A stretch of DNA of 64,000 bases. Source: Turneriella sp. GTDB lineage: Bacteria > Spirochaetota > Leptospiria > Turneriellales > Turneriellaceae. A program made the position numbers and the translations under genes. Shown in pieces: positions 8,326 to 20,669 of the stretch. Numbering within the stretch: the stretch's first letter is position 1; each line of letters starts with the position of its first letter. The stretch is taken from the NCBI GenBank assembly GCA_965279515.1, contig CBDIID010000003.1, positions 864,001 to 928,000 of the forward strand, given 5' to 3'. The notes below the pieces were generated by a model, which saw nothing but the letters and a program-made list of their open reading frames with translations, made no database searches and was not told the DNA's origin.

Positions 8326-10323
8326 TTAGCCGTTTTCGAGCCGGTCAGCCACTGAACGGCGGTTTTGAAAGGCCTCGCTGTTCGAGGGATCAAGCTCGAG
8401 CGCGCGGTTAAACGCATCGAGCGAACGGTTGAGGTGCCCTTGTTTGAAATAGATGATACCCATGAGCGTGAAGGCCTTCGACGCCATTGGCACCGAGCGT
8501 ACCTCGGCGGTGATGGCACGCAGCTCTTCGATCGCCTTATCTTGCGACGACATCGTGCCCTCGCGCATCAAGGAACGCGCCATCAGAAAGCGCGCCTCGT
8601 CGGCATTCGGCCGCAGCTGAATCGCCTGCATCAGCACCGGGTAGATGACCTGCACAGGGCGCTCGCTCATCAGCATCGCATCGGCCTGCGAGATCAGTGT
8701 GTTGTATTTGATGCCGGCGTCGGATGTCATCGCGGCTTTTTCATAATACTGCATGGCGGTATCGTAGGCCTTGCGCTTCATGTACAGATCGCCCAGCATC
8801 TGCGCCGCATAATAGGCGTCTTCACCTTTGCGGTTCGGGTGCTCGGCGAGGCGCTTGAGTGCCGACTCGGCTTCCGTGAGCTCGCCCAGGTTGAGGTAGA
8901 GTTGAGCCTGTCCCTTTAACACCTTGAGGTTATCGGGGTTCAGGCGGAGTGATTCCTTATACAGGGTAATGGCACGGTGCGCCTGGCCGTTCTGTACATA
9001 GGCGTCGGCCAGCAGCACCAGCGCATCTTCATTCAACATATCGAGCTGGTATGCGCCTTCGAGCGCCTTCTCGGCATTCTTGTAGTCGCGTACGGCCACA
9101 TAGACCTTGCCGAGGTTATAGAGTGCCTGCGCTTTTTCCTGGGTCTTGGGTGACGACTCATAGAGCTCGCGGAATACCTGAATGGCGGGTGCCCACTTGC
9201 CCTGGGCAATCAGCATGTCGCCCATCTGCGAAAGTATGACAGGGTCTTTGGGCGCTTCGCGGAGTGCACGGCGGAGCGCTTCCTCAGCCTGATCTTTTCT
9301 GCCCAATTCTGAAAACAGCCGGGCAATATACATAAAAGTCTGTGGATTATCACTGCCCAGCTTAATCGCCTCGTCGAGCTCGCGCACCGCGCGCTCGTTT
9401 TCACCCAACTGGTGCAACACCAGGGCGAGGTTGTAGTGGTACTTGGCTGTCGCAGGCGACAAGGCCACCGCGCGCTCGAAATAATATTTTGCATTGGGCA
9501 GGTCGCCCTGTGTCGCATGCAGCATGCCGAGCTGGGTCGCTGCCTTATAGGCAATCTCGCCCGCAGAGGCCAGGTTCAGGGCATCGAGGAAGGCGCCCTT
9601 GGCTTCGGCAAATTTGCCGTCCTTTTTGTAGACCATCCCCAGGTTGTAATAAGCCAGGGGATCTTTAGATGTCTCGATGGCCTGCTTCAGCGTCGACTCA
9701 GCGCCTTTGAGGTCCTGGTTCTGGTACTGCAACTGACCTTTGAGGTTCTGCGCCTCCACGAGGTCAGGGCGCAGTTTCTGCGCCCGCTCGAGTGCCGCGA
9801 GCGCCTCTTTGTACATCCCCTTATGCCGCAGGGCAATGGCCATATTGTAATGCGCGTAAAAATTGCTGTTATCGAACTTGATCGCCCGGTCGAAAAAGTC
9901 ACCGGCGAGATTGAACTTGCCCTCGTCGTCGGCCATGATGCCGAGATAAACCAGCGCCATACTCTTGACGTCGGCGGGTTTTCCCGATTCGACAATCTGC
10001 TGAAACTCTGCCTGCGCGGGCTTGAGATAGCCGCGGTTGTACATTTCAACGGCCTTTTTGAGTTCGAGATCCTGCGGCAGCTGGTCGGGCGCCATTTTAC
10101 GGCTTGAAGCGTCTTCGAAGTCGGTCGCTGGTTTCAGCCGTGTTTCATTGAGCGTCTGCTTCTTCTGCCACAGCATGTAATAGACGCCCGAGGCGATGAG
10201 CGCGATCAGGAGGACAATGCCGGCCGAAATCAGTACGGTGCGGTTCTTACCCCCACCCCCCCGCTCGGGTTGATACGAGTATTCTGCCGGGGCAGAATCG
10301 CTGATTTCGGTGATGCGCGCCAT
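8326..10323 (-). CDS. Membrane-anchored tetratricopeptide repeat protein
   Basis: Single N-terminal TM followed by many TPR units (AYYNLGMVY, ALYNLGKVY). Confidence 0.9.
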   Translation of the reverse strand: MARITEISDSAPAEYSYQPERGGGGKNRTVLISAGIVLLIALIASGVYYMLWQKKQTLNETRLKPATDFEDASSRKMAPDQLPQDLELKKAVEMYNRGYLKPAQAEFQQIVESGKPADVKSMALVYLGIMADDEGKFNLAGDFFDRAIKFDNSNFYAHYNMAIALRHKGMYKEALAALERAQKLRPDLVEAQNLKGQLQYQNQDLKGAESTLKQAIETSKDPLAYYNLGMVYKKDGKFAEAKGAFLDALNLASAGEIAYKAATQLGMLHATQGDLPNAKYYFERAVALSPATAKYHYNLALVLHQLGENERAVRELDEAIKLGSDNPQTFMYIARLFSELGRKDQAEEALRRALREAPKDPVILSQMGDMLIAQGKWAPAIQVFRELYESSPKTQEKAQALYNLGKVYVAVRDYKNAEKALEGAYQLDMLNEDALVLLADAYVQNGQAHRAITLYKESLRLNPDNLKVLKGQAQLYLNLGELTEAESALKRLAEHPNRKGEDAYYAAQMLGDLYMKRKAYDTAMQYYEKAAMTSDAGIKYNTLISQADAMLMSERPVQVIYPVLMQAIQLRPNADEARFLMARSLMREGTMSSQDKAIEELRAITAEVRSVPMASKAFTLMGIIYFKQGHLNRSLDAFNRALELDPSNSEAFQNRRSVADRLENG

Positions 10324-10390
10324 ATGTTATTTTCGGAGAATATTTTCCTTTTCCATAGTGGGATTTCCAGACGATACTAAAACAGCTACT

Positions 10391-11146
10391 ATGTTGCGGC
10401 AATGCTATTTTTCGGTGCGCGTGCGCCTCATCTTCTCAGCGGCTGTTTTCGCCACCATGGTATATCCCACGACCCTGTTTGCCGGGGTACCGATGGTCGA
10501 CGGAGTCAATACCCAGACCGCCGTCACGCTGAAACGCGGCGAGTTTGACGTCGCGCTGACTGCCTATGAAGGCGGCGGCATCTTTAACCGCAACATTCTC
10601 GCGGTGCACGACAATATCTACCTCGGCGCCGCCTTTGACATCGAAGGGGCCATCGGCGAGAACAACGCCAAAGTCAATATTCCCGGCGTGCTCGCGAAGG
10701 CCAAGATCACTGACGGCTGGGCAGATTTCCCGATTCTGATCGCCGTGGGCTATGACGCCTTCTATGCCGGCAGTCGCGGCAAGGTGCAGTCGAGCAATCC
10801 CTACAACCGCATGATCTTCGGGCCCTACTTCACGGTTACAAAGCCGATCTACCTTCTGGGCGAAGAGCAGCACCTGCATTTCGGTGCGCGTATGCCCGTC
10901 TACCCCAACTATACCCCGGAAGACAGCGAACTCTACTTCGGCATCGATTTTCCGATTGGCCCGTTCATTCCAATTTTCGAGATCCAGCGCATTCTGTTCG
11001 ACTCGAGCCGCCTGAAAGAAGTGCTGTTCAATGTCGGGTTGCGCTTCCAGTTCTTCGACCACCTGGCGTTTGAGCTCGACTTCATGATGGGCATAGAGCA
11101 GAAGACGAACCGCATGATCGTGTTCGAATATCTCGATCGATTTTAG
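10391..11146 (+). CDS. Hypothetical exported, probably outer-membrane beta-barrel protein
   Basis: Signal peptide (TLFA), amphipathic beta strands, terminal Phe. Confidence 0.55.
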   Translation: MLRQCYFSVRVRLIFSAAVFATMVYPTTLFAGVPMVDGVNTQTAVTLKRGEFDVALTAYEGGGIFNRNILAVHDNIYLGAAFDIEGAIGENNAKVNIPGVLAKAKITDGWADFPILIAVGYDAFYAGSRGKVQSSNPYNRMIFGPYFTVTKPIYLLGEEQHLHFGARMPVYPNYTPEDSELYFGIDFPIGPFIPIFEIQRILFDSSRLKEVLFNVGLRFQFFDHLAFELDFMMGIEQKTNRMIVFEYLDRF

Positions 11147-11202
11147 TCAAGAATGAGCATGGCTGAGCCGTGTACCTTTTGCGTTTTACGTTTGCGGGCC
11201 GA

Positions 11203-11763
11203 TTAGTTTGGGAATTTAGGCCTTAGATCCGGTGGCCAAGGCTCGATTTGGTATTTTTCAACATATTCAAGGGCCACGGCGTCGTTCTTTTCCGTCCTTG
11301 AAGCATAGCTAATAATGAATTCCGAGCGATTCTTTCTTTGGCGGTATTTCGCATTCCAGATTTCCACATCGGCCTTATCGCGCCAATAAAAATCATTCCT
11401 GAGCCAATCCTCGGTAACGCGCTGCAGGTAATACCGAACAGCAAAATCCATCAGGCGCGAAAGCGAAATGCCCGAATGGTGACACCGTGCCATACAGACG
11501 CTGCGTAATGCCTCAGTGCTGCAAAAAGGTACGATTTCGTATGGCCCACTGCGCGGATTGTAGCGTTTGCTCCGCGCCGCCATATTGCGTTGGCCACGCC
11601 AAAATCGCAGGGCAAGACGCAGGCAATCGCGCATCAGGCGTTGCTCAGAATAACGAATTCCACGGCCTGCAAATAATCGGACCGTTTCCTTAAGCCTTTC
11701 GCGCATTGCCGTGCGCAGCGTAACCGATGTGGGCCGGAGCGGGGAGAGATCCAGGTGCTTCAT
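11203..11763 (-). CDS. Putative ribbon-helix-helix (DUF1564-like) protein, paralog of 45215..45799
   Basis: TSVTL...HSGISLSRLMDFAVRYYL; alignable by eye with 45215..45799. Confidence 0.6.
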   Translation of the reverse strand: MKHLDLSPLRPTSVTLRTAMRERLKETVRLFAGRGIRYSEQRLMRDCLRLALRFWRGQRNMAARSKRYNPRSGPYEIVPFCSTEALRSVCMARCHHSGISLSRLMDFAVRYYLQRVTEDWLRNDFYWRDKADVEIWNAKYRQRKNRSEFIISYASRTEKNDAVALEYVEKYQIEPWPPDLRPKFPN

Positions 11764-11857
11764 ATATAAGAAATGCCAGAAAACACCGCTTTTTTCTCAA
11801 TCCGTGACGCCTTTCAGTGGACGGCACGTGCAGAAACCGTTATTTTTCCCTTAGCGC

Positions 11858-12835
11858 ATGAAAACTGATGATAATACGGTCGCCGACTGGCGCGAAAAAG
11901 CGGGTAAGACGTATTTTGAAGAAGAGCTCGACGAGCGCGAACCTTTGGTGCGCGAAATTCTCGAACTCAAAAAACAGAAAAACGCCATCATTCTCGGGCA
12001 CAACTATATGACGCCCGATGTCTATTACGGCATCTCTGATTTCGTCGGCGATTCGCTCGAACTCGCCCGCCGCTCGCGAGACACAAAGGCAGATATCATT
12101 CTTTTCAACGGCGTGCATTTTATGGCCGAGACCGCGAAGATACTCAATCCCGAGCGCAAGGTGCTGATCGCCGACCTCAAGGCCGGTTGTTCCCTGGCCG
12201 AGAGTATGACGGGTGAGGATGTCCGCAATTTACGCAAAAAATTTCCCGGCGTGCCGATTGTCTCCTATATCAACTGCACGGCAGATGTCAAAACCGAGGT
12301 TGACATCATCTGCACGAGCGCCAACGCCGTCAAAATCGTCGAAAGCCTGCCGTCTGACACCGTACTCGTGGTACCCGACGGCTACCTCGCGATGAACATC
12401 CAGAAGCACACAAAAAAGAAGATTATCCCCTGGGCGGGCAAGTGTATGGTGCACGAGCTCTATACGGAATTCGACGTCGATGTGGCGCGTAAAAGTTTTC
12501 CCGACGCCAAAATCATCGCCCACCCCGAATGTAAAGACACCGTTACGGCGAAAGTCGACTTCACCGGCTCAACCTCGCAGATGGGCAAGTATATCCGCGA
12601 ATCGAAAGCAAACCAGGTGCTGCTCATGACTGAATGCTCCATGGGCGACAATTTGCGCGCCGAGTTTCCCGAGGTTACGTTTATCTCATCGTGCCAGACC
12701 TGCCCGCACATGAAAAAGATCACGCTTGAAAAGGTACGCGATGCGTTGAAGTTCGAGCGCTTCGAGGTAACTCTCTCTGACGATACCATCCGGCGCGGCC
12801 GCGCCTCGCTTGACCGTATGCTGGCGGTCGTGTAA
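11858..12835 (+). CDS. nadA: Quinolinate synthase
   Basis: [57 protein letters not shown]. Confidence 0.97.
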   Translation: MKTDDNTVADWREKAGKTYFEEELDEREPLVREILELKKQKNAIILGHNYMTPDVYYGISDFVGDSLELARRSRDTKADIILFNGVHFMAETAKILNPERKVLIADLKAGCSLAESMTGEDVRNLRKKFPGVPIVSYINCTADVKTEVDIICTSANAVKIVESLPSDTVLVVPDGYLAMNIQKHTKKKIIPWAGKCMVHELYTEFDVDVARKSFPDAKIIAHPECKDTVTAKVDFTGSTSQMGKYIRESKANQVLLMTECSMGDNLRAEFPEVTFISSCQTCPHMKKITLEKVRDALKFERFEVTLSDDTIRRGRASLDRMLAVV

Positions 12836-12843
12836 ACGAGTCT

Positions 12844-13926
12844 GTGAAGCGACTTGCCGTAGTTATCCTTTTCTCAGCCACAGGCGCTATTTTCGCCGCA
12901 CCTGCCGGTACAGCGCTGCAAAACGAGCATATCAAGACGGAACTCGCGCGCACCGTGCCTGCCTGCGATACTGTTGCGGCGAACGCAGCGCGGCTGATAC
13001 TGCAAAAACCCGAATCGCAGGACAGCGTGGTTTCGGAATGGAAGAGCCTCTGCGACCACAGCATCTTCTACCGGCTCTATAACATCTCGTCGCGCCTCGA
13101 GCGCATTAACGCCGATTCGCCCGAACTCGACAGCGCGCTGTGGACGATGCTGAAGAGGCAGGGCAAGTATAAAAAAAAGGCAAGGCCTGAAGCCGAGCTC
13201 GGCGAACTCTTAAAGCGCAATGCGCAGGCCGCGAAACCCGAAAGCGACGACGGTAAACTGCTGCAGGAATGGTTTCTGGGCGGGGAGCGGGCGCTGCGTG
13301 CCGCACTGCCCCGCTACCCGAAAAGCCGGCTCCACCAGTTCTACAGGGCCGAGCTCGATGCGTCGCAAAACGGCCTTTTCCTGAGCATGGCCTTCAATGC
13401 CGGGGCCTGGTTTCCAACGGGCAGCCTGGCGACGCTGGGAAATCATCCTTCCATCGGCTTTAATATGTTCCTCGGCAAGAACCGCTTTTCCGGCGGGCTC
13501 ATCTTCGACTTCCGCTTTGGCAACGCACCTTCGAACTATACCTTTTACAACCCCAATACCGGCGCACTCGAAAGCACCAACACCTTCTTCGGGCTTTTTA
13601 TCGGGCCCGACTTCCGCTGGGAATTCTTTCGCACAGAGCAATTTTCGCTATTTGCCGCCGCAGGTTTGGGCTATGACCTCATTACACACTATGCTGCTTC
13701 GCGGTATTCCCGCGAGCGCGCCGCATACAGCGAAAGTTTTAACCTGAACGGCGGCCTCGTAATGCGCGCCTATTTTTCCGAAGAGCGGGCCGCCTACCTC
13801 GATATCGAACTCAGGGCGCACCGGTCTTCGTATAACGATGGCGGCAAAGGGGGAGATACCTTTTCGGGCGCGTATTTTACCGCCGTGCTCGCTGCAGGTT
13901 ACCGCCTGAGCTTTGAAGATTATTGA
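12844..13926 (+). CDS. Hypothetical exported protein with C-terminal beta-barrel-like domain
   Basis: Signal peptide; aromatic-rich beta strands in C-terminal half. Confidence 0.55.
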   Translation: MKRLAVVILFSATGAIFAAPAGTALQNEHIKTELARTVPACDTVAANAARLILQKPESQDSVVSEWKSLCDHSIFYRLYNISSRLERINADSPELDSALWTMLKRQGKYKKKARPEAELGELLKRNAQAAKPESDDGKLLQEWFLGGERALRAALPRYPKSRLHQFYRAELDASQNGLFLSMAFNAGAWFPTGSLATLGNHPSIGFNMFLGKNRFSGGLIFDFRFGNAPSNYTFYNPNTGALESTNTFFGLFIGPDFRWEFFRTEQFSLFAAAGLGYDLITHYAASRYSRERAAYSESFNLNGGLVMRAYFSEERAAYLDIELRAHRSSYNDGGKGGDTFSGAYFTAVLAAGYRLSFEDY

Positions 13927-14585
13927 GCCGCGCGCCAGATCAGCGAGAGGTTGCGCTTTTGATCGCCGCGCCGCGCCGAGTACCAATCCGGCGATGCCAG
14001 CGTGTCTGTATCATGCCAGGTGACCTGCGCCTCACCGACACCCAGCGATAGCAATTCATGGCGCAAAATCGCCTTGAGATTTAAGAAAAACTTCCCGTTT
14101 GGCTTCGCCGTACAAAACTGCACATCGAACCCGCCGGCGACATCGGCACCCACTTCGTAGGATGTCTCGCGGATAAACGGCCCGACAATAAATTGCAAAT
14201 CAGCCACCGTGGCCCGTGCTGTTTCCAGCGTTTTTGTCAGAATCTTTTTCTCCAGGCCGCGCCAACCGGCGTGCACCGCCCCGATGAGGCCATCCGCTGC
14301 AGAATAGAACAGAATCGGAATACAATCCGCCGTACGGATCAGTAGCGCAGTGCCGTATTCCCGGGTGAAGAGCGCATCGCCGTCACCGGCAAAATGCAGC
14401 CGCTGCGCGTCGCAAGGCACGCCGATCGCGCGGTCACCGTGTACCTGTTCGGCATAAGCGAGCGTCCGGATTTCAGCAAAACGTTCGAGCAGGATTTCAT
14501 ACTGCGCGGAAAACGCCGGCGCGCTGAAAGCAGTGTCGCTCCCGATAAAGCGGACTTTGTGAGCGGCTTTGTCTGCGCTGATCAA
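13920..14585 (-). CDS. pgeF: Peptidoglycan editing factor / YfiH-family (polyphenol oxidase-like) protein
   Basis: [30 protein letters not shown] motifs. Confidence 0.88.
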   Translation of the reverse strand: MISADKAAHKVRFIGSDTAFSAPAFSAQYEILLERFAEIRTLAYAEQVHGDRAIGVPCDAQRLHFAGDGDALFTREYGTALLIRTADCIPILFYSAADGLIGAVHAGWRGLEKKILTKTLETARATVADLQFIVGPFIRETSYEVGADVAGGFDVQFCTAKPNGKFFLNLKAILRHELLSLGVGEAQVTWHDTDTLASPDWYSARRGDQKRNLSLIWRAAQ

Positions 14586-16402
14586 ATATCGCCCGTTTTC
14601 AGAACGGAAAGGAAGGCTTCCTGCGGAATCTCGACCGAACCGATCATCTTCATGCGCTTCTTACCTTCTTTCTGTTTATCGAGGAGCTTACGCTTGCGCG
14701 AAATATCGCCGCCATAACATTTTGCGGTTACGTTTTTGCGCAGCGCGCTGATCGTCTCGCGCGCCACGACCTTGCCGCCAATCGCCGCCTGCAGCGCGAT
14801 CTGGAACTGGTGCTTCGAGATATGTTCTTTCAGCTGCTCGATCACCTGGCGGCCGCGCGTCTCTGCGGAATTCTTGTGTACGATCATCGACAGCGCATCG
14901 ACGCGGTTTGCGTGCACAAGAATATCGAGCTTTACGAGCGAACTTTTCCGGTACTCGGCAAATTCATAGTCTAAACTTGCATAACCGCGCGAAACGCTCT
15001 TGAGGCGGTCATAGAATTCGAAGATCATCTCTGCGAGGGGCACAAGATAGAGAATCTGCACGGTCGTGGTATCGAGATAATTCATCGAAATATTTTCGCC
15101 GCGTTTGTCGGAGAGTAATTGCAGAATCGCGCCCATGTATTCCGCAGGCGAAATAATCGCCACTTTGACGTAAGGCTCTTCAATATGCGAAATCTCCCCG
15201 GGGTCCGGAAACTCCGCCGGGTTATTTAAGGTCATCATTGGCTTGTGCTGGAAATGGATATGGTAGGTCACCGATGGCGCCGTGGTTAAGAGGTTAATGC
15301 CGAATTCGCGCTCAAGGCGTTCCTGCACAATTTCCATGTGCAAAAGCCCCAGGTAACCGACGCGGAAGCCGAAGCCCAGGGCTTCGGAACTCTCGGGTTC
15401 GTAGATGAGTGCGGGATCATTGAGCGCAAGTTTATCCATCGACTCTTTGAGCAAAGGATAGTCGTCGCCGTTCACCGGGAAAAGCCCGGAGAACACCATG
15501 GGCTTAACTTCTTTATATTTAAAGAGCGGCTCGGAAGCAGGTTTCGAAGCGAGCGTTATCGTATCCCCGAGCATGATATCCGCGACATTCTTGATGCCGG
15601 TAACGATATAACCGACTTCACCTGCTTTCAGCGAATCTTGCGGTACGAGTTTCAGCTGCGAAATACCGATGTCATTGACGGGATGCACACCGCCCTTACG
15701 CATGAAAGAGATCTGGTCGTTTTTCCTGATCTCGCCGTCGAAGACGCGCACTTTCTCAACGACGCCGCGGTAGGTGTCAAAGTAGGCATCGAAGACTAGC
15801 GCACGCGCATAGGGATAACCCTCGCCGCCTTTGAGACCCGGCGCGGGAATTTTATCGATGATCGCCTGCATCAGCGCCTCGACATTGATGCCCGATTTGC
15901 CGGAAACCGCGACAGCATCGTCGGGGCTCAGGCCCAGCGACTCGCCGATCTGCTTTCTTGTTTTTTCGACGTCGGCCGAAGGCAGGTCGATTTTATTGAT
16001 GACGGGTAAAATGTAGAGATCGGCGTCGAGCGCGAGGTAGAAATTCGCCAGCGTCTGCGCCTGCACACCTTGCGTGGAATCAACGAGCAACAGCACGCCT
16101 TCGCAGGCTGCCAGACTCCGCGAGACTTCGTAGGTGAAGTCGACATGGCCGGGAGTATCAATCAGGTTAAAGAGATAGGTTTCGCCGTTTTGACCCTTCC
16201 AGTAGAACGAGGCCGAGTTACTTTTAATCGTAATACCGCGCTCGCGCTCGATATCCATACTGTCGAGAATCTGGTCTTTGCCGGTGCGCTCGTCGGTGAG
16301 CTTGCCGAGCGCCAAAAGGCGGTCGGCAAGCGTTGATTTGCCGTGGTCGATGTGGGCAATGATCGAAAAATTGCGTATATGTGAACGCGGAATATCGGGC
16401 AT
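14582..16402 (-). CDS. lepA: Elongation factor 4
   Basis: [48 protein letters not shown]; start at ATG 16402. Confidence 0.98.
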   Translation of the reverse strand: MPDIPRSHIRNFSIIAHIDHGKSTLADRLLALGKLTDERTGKDQILDSMDIERERGITIKSNSASFYWKGQNGETYLFNLIDTPGHVDFTYEVSRSLAACEGVLLLVDSTQGVQAQTLANFYLALDADLYILPVINKIDLPSADVEKTRKQIGESLGLSPDDAVAVSGKSGINVEALMQAIIDKIPAPGLKGGEGYPYARALVFDAYFDTYRGVVEKVRVFDGEIRKNDQISFMRKGGVHPVNDIGISQLKLVPQDSLKAGEVGYIVTGIKNVADIMLGDTITLASKPASEPLFKYKEVKPMVFSGLFPVNGDDYPLLKESMDKLALNDPALIYEPESSEALGFGFRVGYLGLLHMEIVQERLEREFGINLLTTAPSVTYHIHFQHKPMMTLNNPAEFPDPGEISHIEEPYVKVAIISPAEYMGAILQLLSDKRGENISMNYLDTTTVQILYLVPLAEMIFEFYDRLKSVSRGYASLDYEFAEYRKSSLVKLDILVHANRVDALSMIVHKNSAETRGRQVIEQLKEHISKHQFQIALQAAIGGKVVARETISALRKNVTAKCYGGDISRKRKLLDKQKEGKKRMKMIGSVEIPQEAFLSVLKTGDI

Positions 16403-16460
16403 CTCAGGAAGCAGAGCCGGCGTTTTTGACAGCGGGTAAAGGAGATTAGTACTGCCCTTG

Positions 16461-17560
16461 ATGTCCCGTAAAAAGAAGATCCTCCTGATCATCGCCGTCG
16501 GTATCGCGACGCTGCTGGGAGTGAACCACCGCTGGGTGGGCTATCTCGCACACCTGGCAAAGCACCAGTACCGTGTGATCTTATATAAAGAGAAAATCAC
16601 AGAACGCCTGAAACGCCCGAACCTATCTGAGGAGGAACGCCGTATTCTCAATATGACGCTTTCGATCCGTAAATTTGCCGAACTCAGCTATGACCTGAAA
16701 AATTCGACAAGCTACCAGTCATACTACGACCTGGGGCGCAAGGAATTGGGCTTCAATATCACCGTCGCGCCGGCCTTGAGCCTCAAACCTGAATCGTTCC
16801 GCTTTTGGCCGATCGGCAGCTTTGACTATCTGGGATTTTTTGACCGGGCCTATGCCGAGAGCTGGGCCAGCACCTACCGCGAAAAAGGCTTCGATGTGCA
16901 CCTCTCTGAAATCGGCGGCTATTCTACGCTTGGTTGGTTTGAAGACCCCCTGTATTCGAGCCAGCTGTCGTGGGGCGAATACGGCCTTGCCCGCCTTTTG
17001 GGGCATGAGATCGCGCACGAAAAACTTTATTTCAGGGACGATACGACATTTTCAGAACTGCTAGCCTCGTTTATTGAGCGCAAACTCGCACTCGATTATT
17101 TAATTGCACAAGGCCGGAAAATTCCGTCAGAAGCGGAAATCCGCGAGCGGCGACGCCGCGCTGAAACCTTTGCGGATCTGATCGCTGAGATCAAAAAAGA
17201 ACTCGAACAAGTCTATTCCTCCGCCCTGGCCGATAAAGAGAAACTGGAACGGAAACGGCAAATCATCAGTAAGCTTCGGAAAAATCTGGAAAAACGGAAA
17301 GATGATTTTTCCACCTTTGCCGCTGCGCATGAGCTTTCACAGCTGAGAGAGATCAATAATGCGACCCTGGTCCAGTTTCACCGCTATTCAGCGCAAGGCA
17401 AGGCGTTCGAGCTTCTGTATGAGGGCTGTAAAAAACTATCACCGCAGAGTATTTATACCTGCTGGTTTGGGGAACTGGCAAAATTAAAGCCATGCTCCCG
17501 CGAAGTGCGGAAGGCATGGCTTCTCGGTGACGGGAAAATCCCGACGGCCTGTTCCGGTGC

Positions 17561-17564
<4 letters not shown>
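16461..17564 (+). CDS. Putative zinc aminopeptidase (DUF2265-like)
   Basis: [15 protein letters not shown] (HExxH), [12 protein letters not shown]. Confidence 0.8.
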
Positions 17565-19675
<2,111 letters not shown>

Positions 19676-19747
19676 ATACTCTGCTTAATTTTTTTTGCTT
19701 AAAATAATAATACGCCTTGCGGCGAGGGGAAATCCACCACGCCCGGA

Positions 19748-20221
19748 TTACCAGGCGTAGTGTGAGAATGCGCGGTTGGCTTCTGCCATGCGCTTAACTT
19801 CGTCTTTTTTCTTGATGGCGCCGCCGTTGTTGTTCACGGCATCCATGATTTCATTGGCGAGTTTGTCGGCCAGGGTTTTGCCTGAACGCTCACGCGCGGC
19901 TGAAACCAGCCAGCGGATTGCCAGAGATTGTTTACGTGCGGGATACACTTCTACAGGCACCTGGTACGTCACACCGCCCACGCGGCGCGACTTCACTTCA
20001 ACCTGGGGTTTGATATTTTCAATCGCCTTGTAAAATTGCTCGATTCCTGCAACGCCGGTTTTTTCCTGAACGCGGCCCAGCGCCCCGTAAAACAGGCCCG
20101 CTGCGGTTGATTTTTTGCCATCGTACATCATCGAGTTGATGAATTTCTGCACGAGGGCACTTGTGTGCACGCCGTCGGGTTTAATATCCCGTGTGTGACT
20201 TTTAGTTCTGCGTCTTGCCAT
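19748..20221 (-). CDS. rpsG: 30S ribosomal protein S7
   Basis: EVKSRRVGGVTYQVP, MAEANRAFSHY. Confidence 0.99.
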   Translation of the reverse strand: MARRRTKSHTRDIKPDGVHTSALVQKFINSMMYDGKKSTAAGLFYGALGRVQEKTGVAGIEQFYKAIENIKPQVEVKSRRVGGVTYQVPVEVYPARKQSLAIRWLVSAARERSGKTLADKLANEIMDAVNNNGGAIKKKDEVKRMAEANRAFSHYAW

Positions 20222-20235
20222 AAATCCTCTTTAAC

Positions 20236-20610
20236 CTATGCCTTTGGTCGTTTCGTTCCGTATTTGGAACGCGACTTGCGGCGTTTCTCAACACCGAGTG
20301 TATCGAGTGAACCACGCACGATGTGATAACGCACACCCGGTAAGTCCTTTACCCGGCCACCGCGCACGAGCACGACACTGTGCTCCTGCAGGTTGTGGCC
20401 TTCACCCGGAATATATGCCGTGACTTCGACACCGTTCACCAAACGAACCCGGGCAACCTTACGGAGCGCCGAGTTTGGCTTTTTGGGCGTAGCTGTCATC
20501 ACGCGCGTACAAACGCCGCGCTTTTGCGGGCTCGAACGGAGCGCCGGGGATTTGGTCTTAGAGACCGATTTTTGCCGGCCGAACCGGATCAACTGGTTAA
20601 TTGTTGGCAT
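20236..20610 (-). CDS. rpsL: 30S ribosomal protein S12
   Basis: [27 protein letters not shown]. Confidence 0.99.
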   Translation of the reverse strand: MPTINQLIRFGRQKSVSKTKSPALRSSPQKRGVCTRVMTATPKKPNSALRKVARVRLVNGVEVTAYIPGEGHNLQEHSVVLVRGGRVKDLPGVRYHIVRGSLDTLGVEKRRKSRSKYGTKRPKA

Positions 20611-20669
20611 ATTTTCCTTTAGTGCGGCGAATCCTGTCGTTTCGACATACCGTCAACGTATCTGTCATT

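Noticed and set aside
16403..16492. N-terminal extension of LepA (also of NusG and the giant protein) in the ORF track
   Set aside because: Longest-ORF artefacts overlapping neighbouring genes or promoters; downstream ATGs fit better
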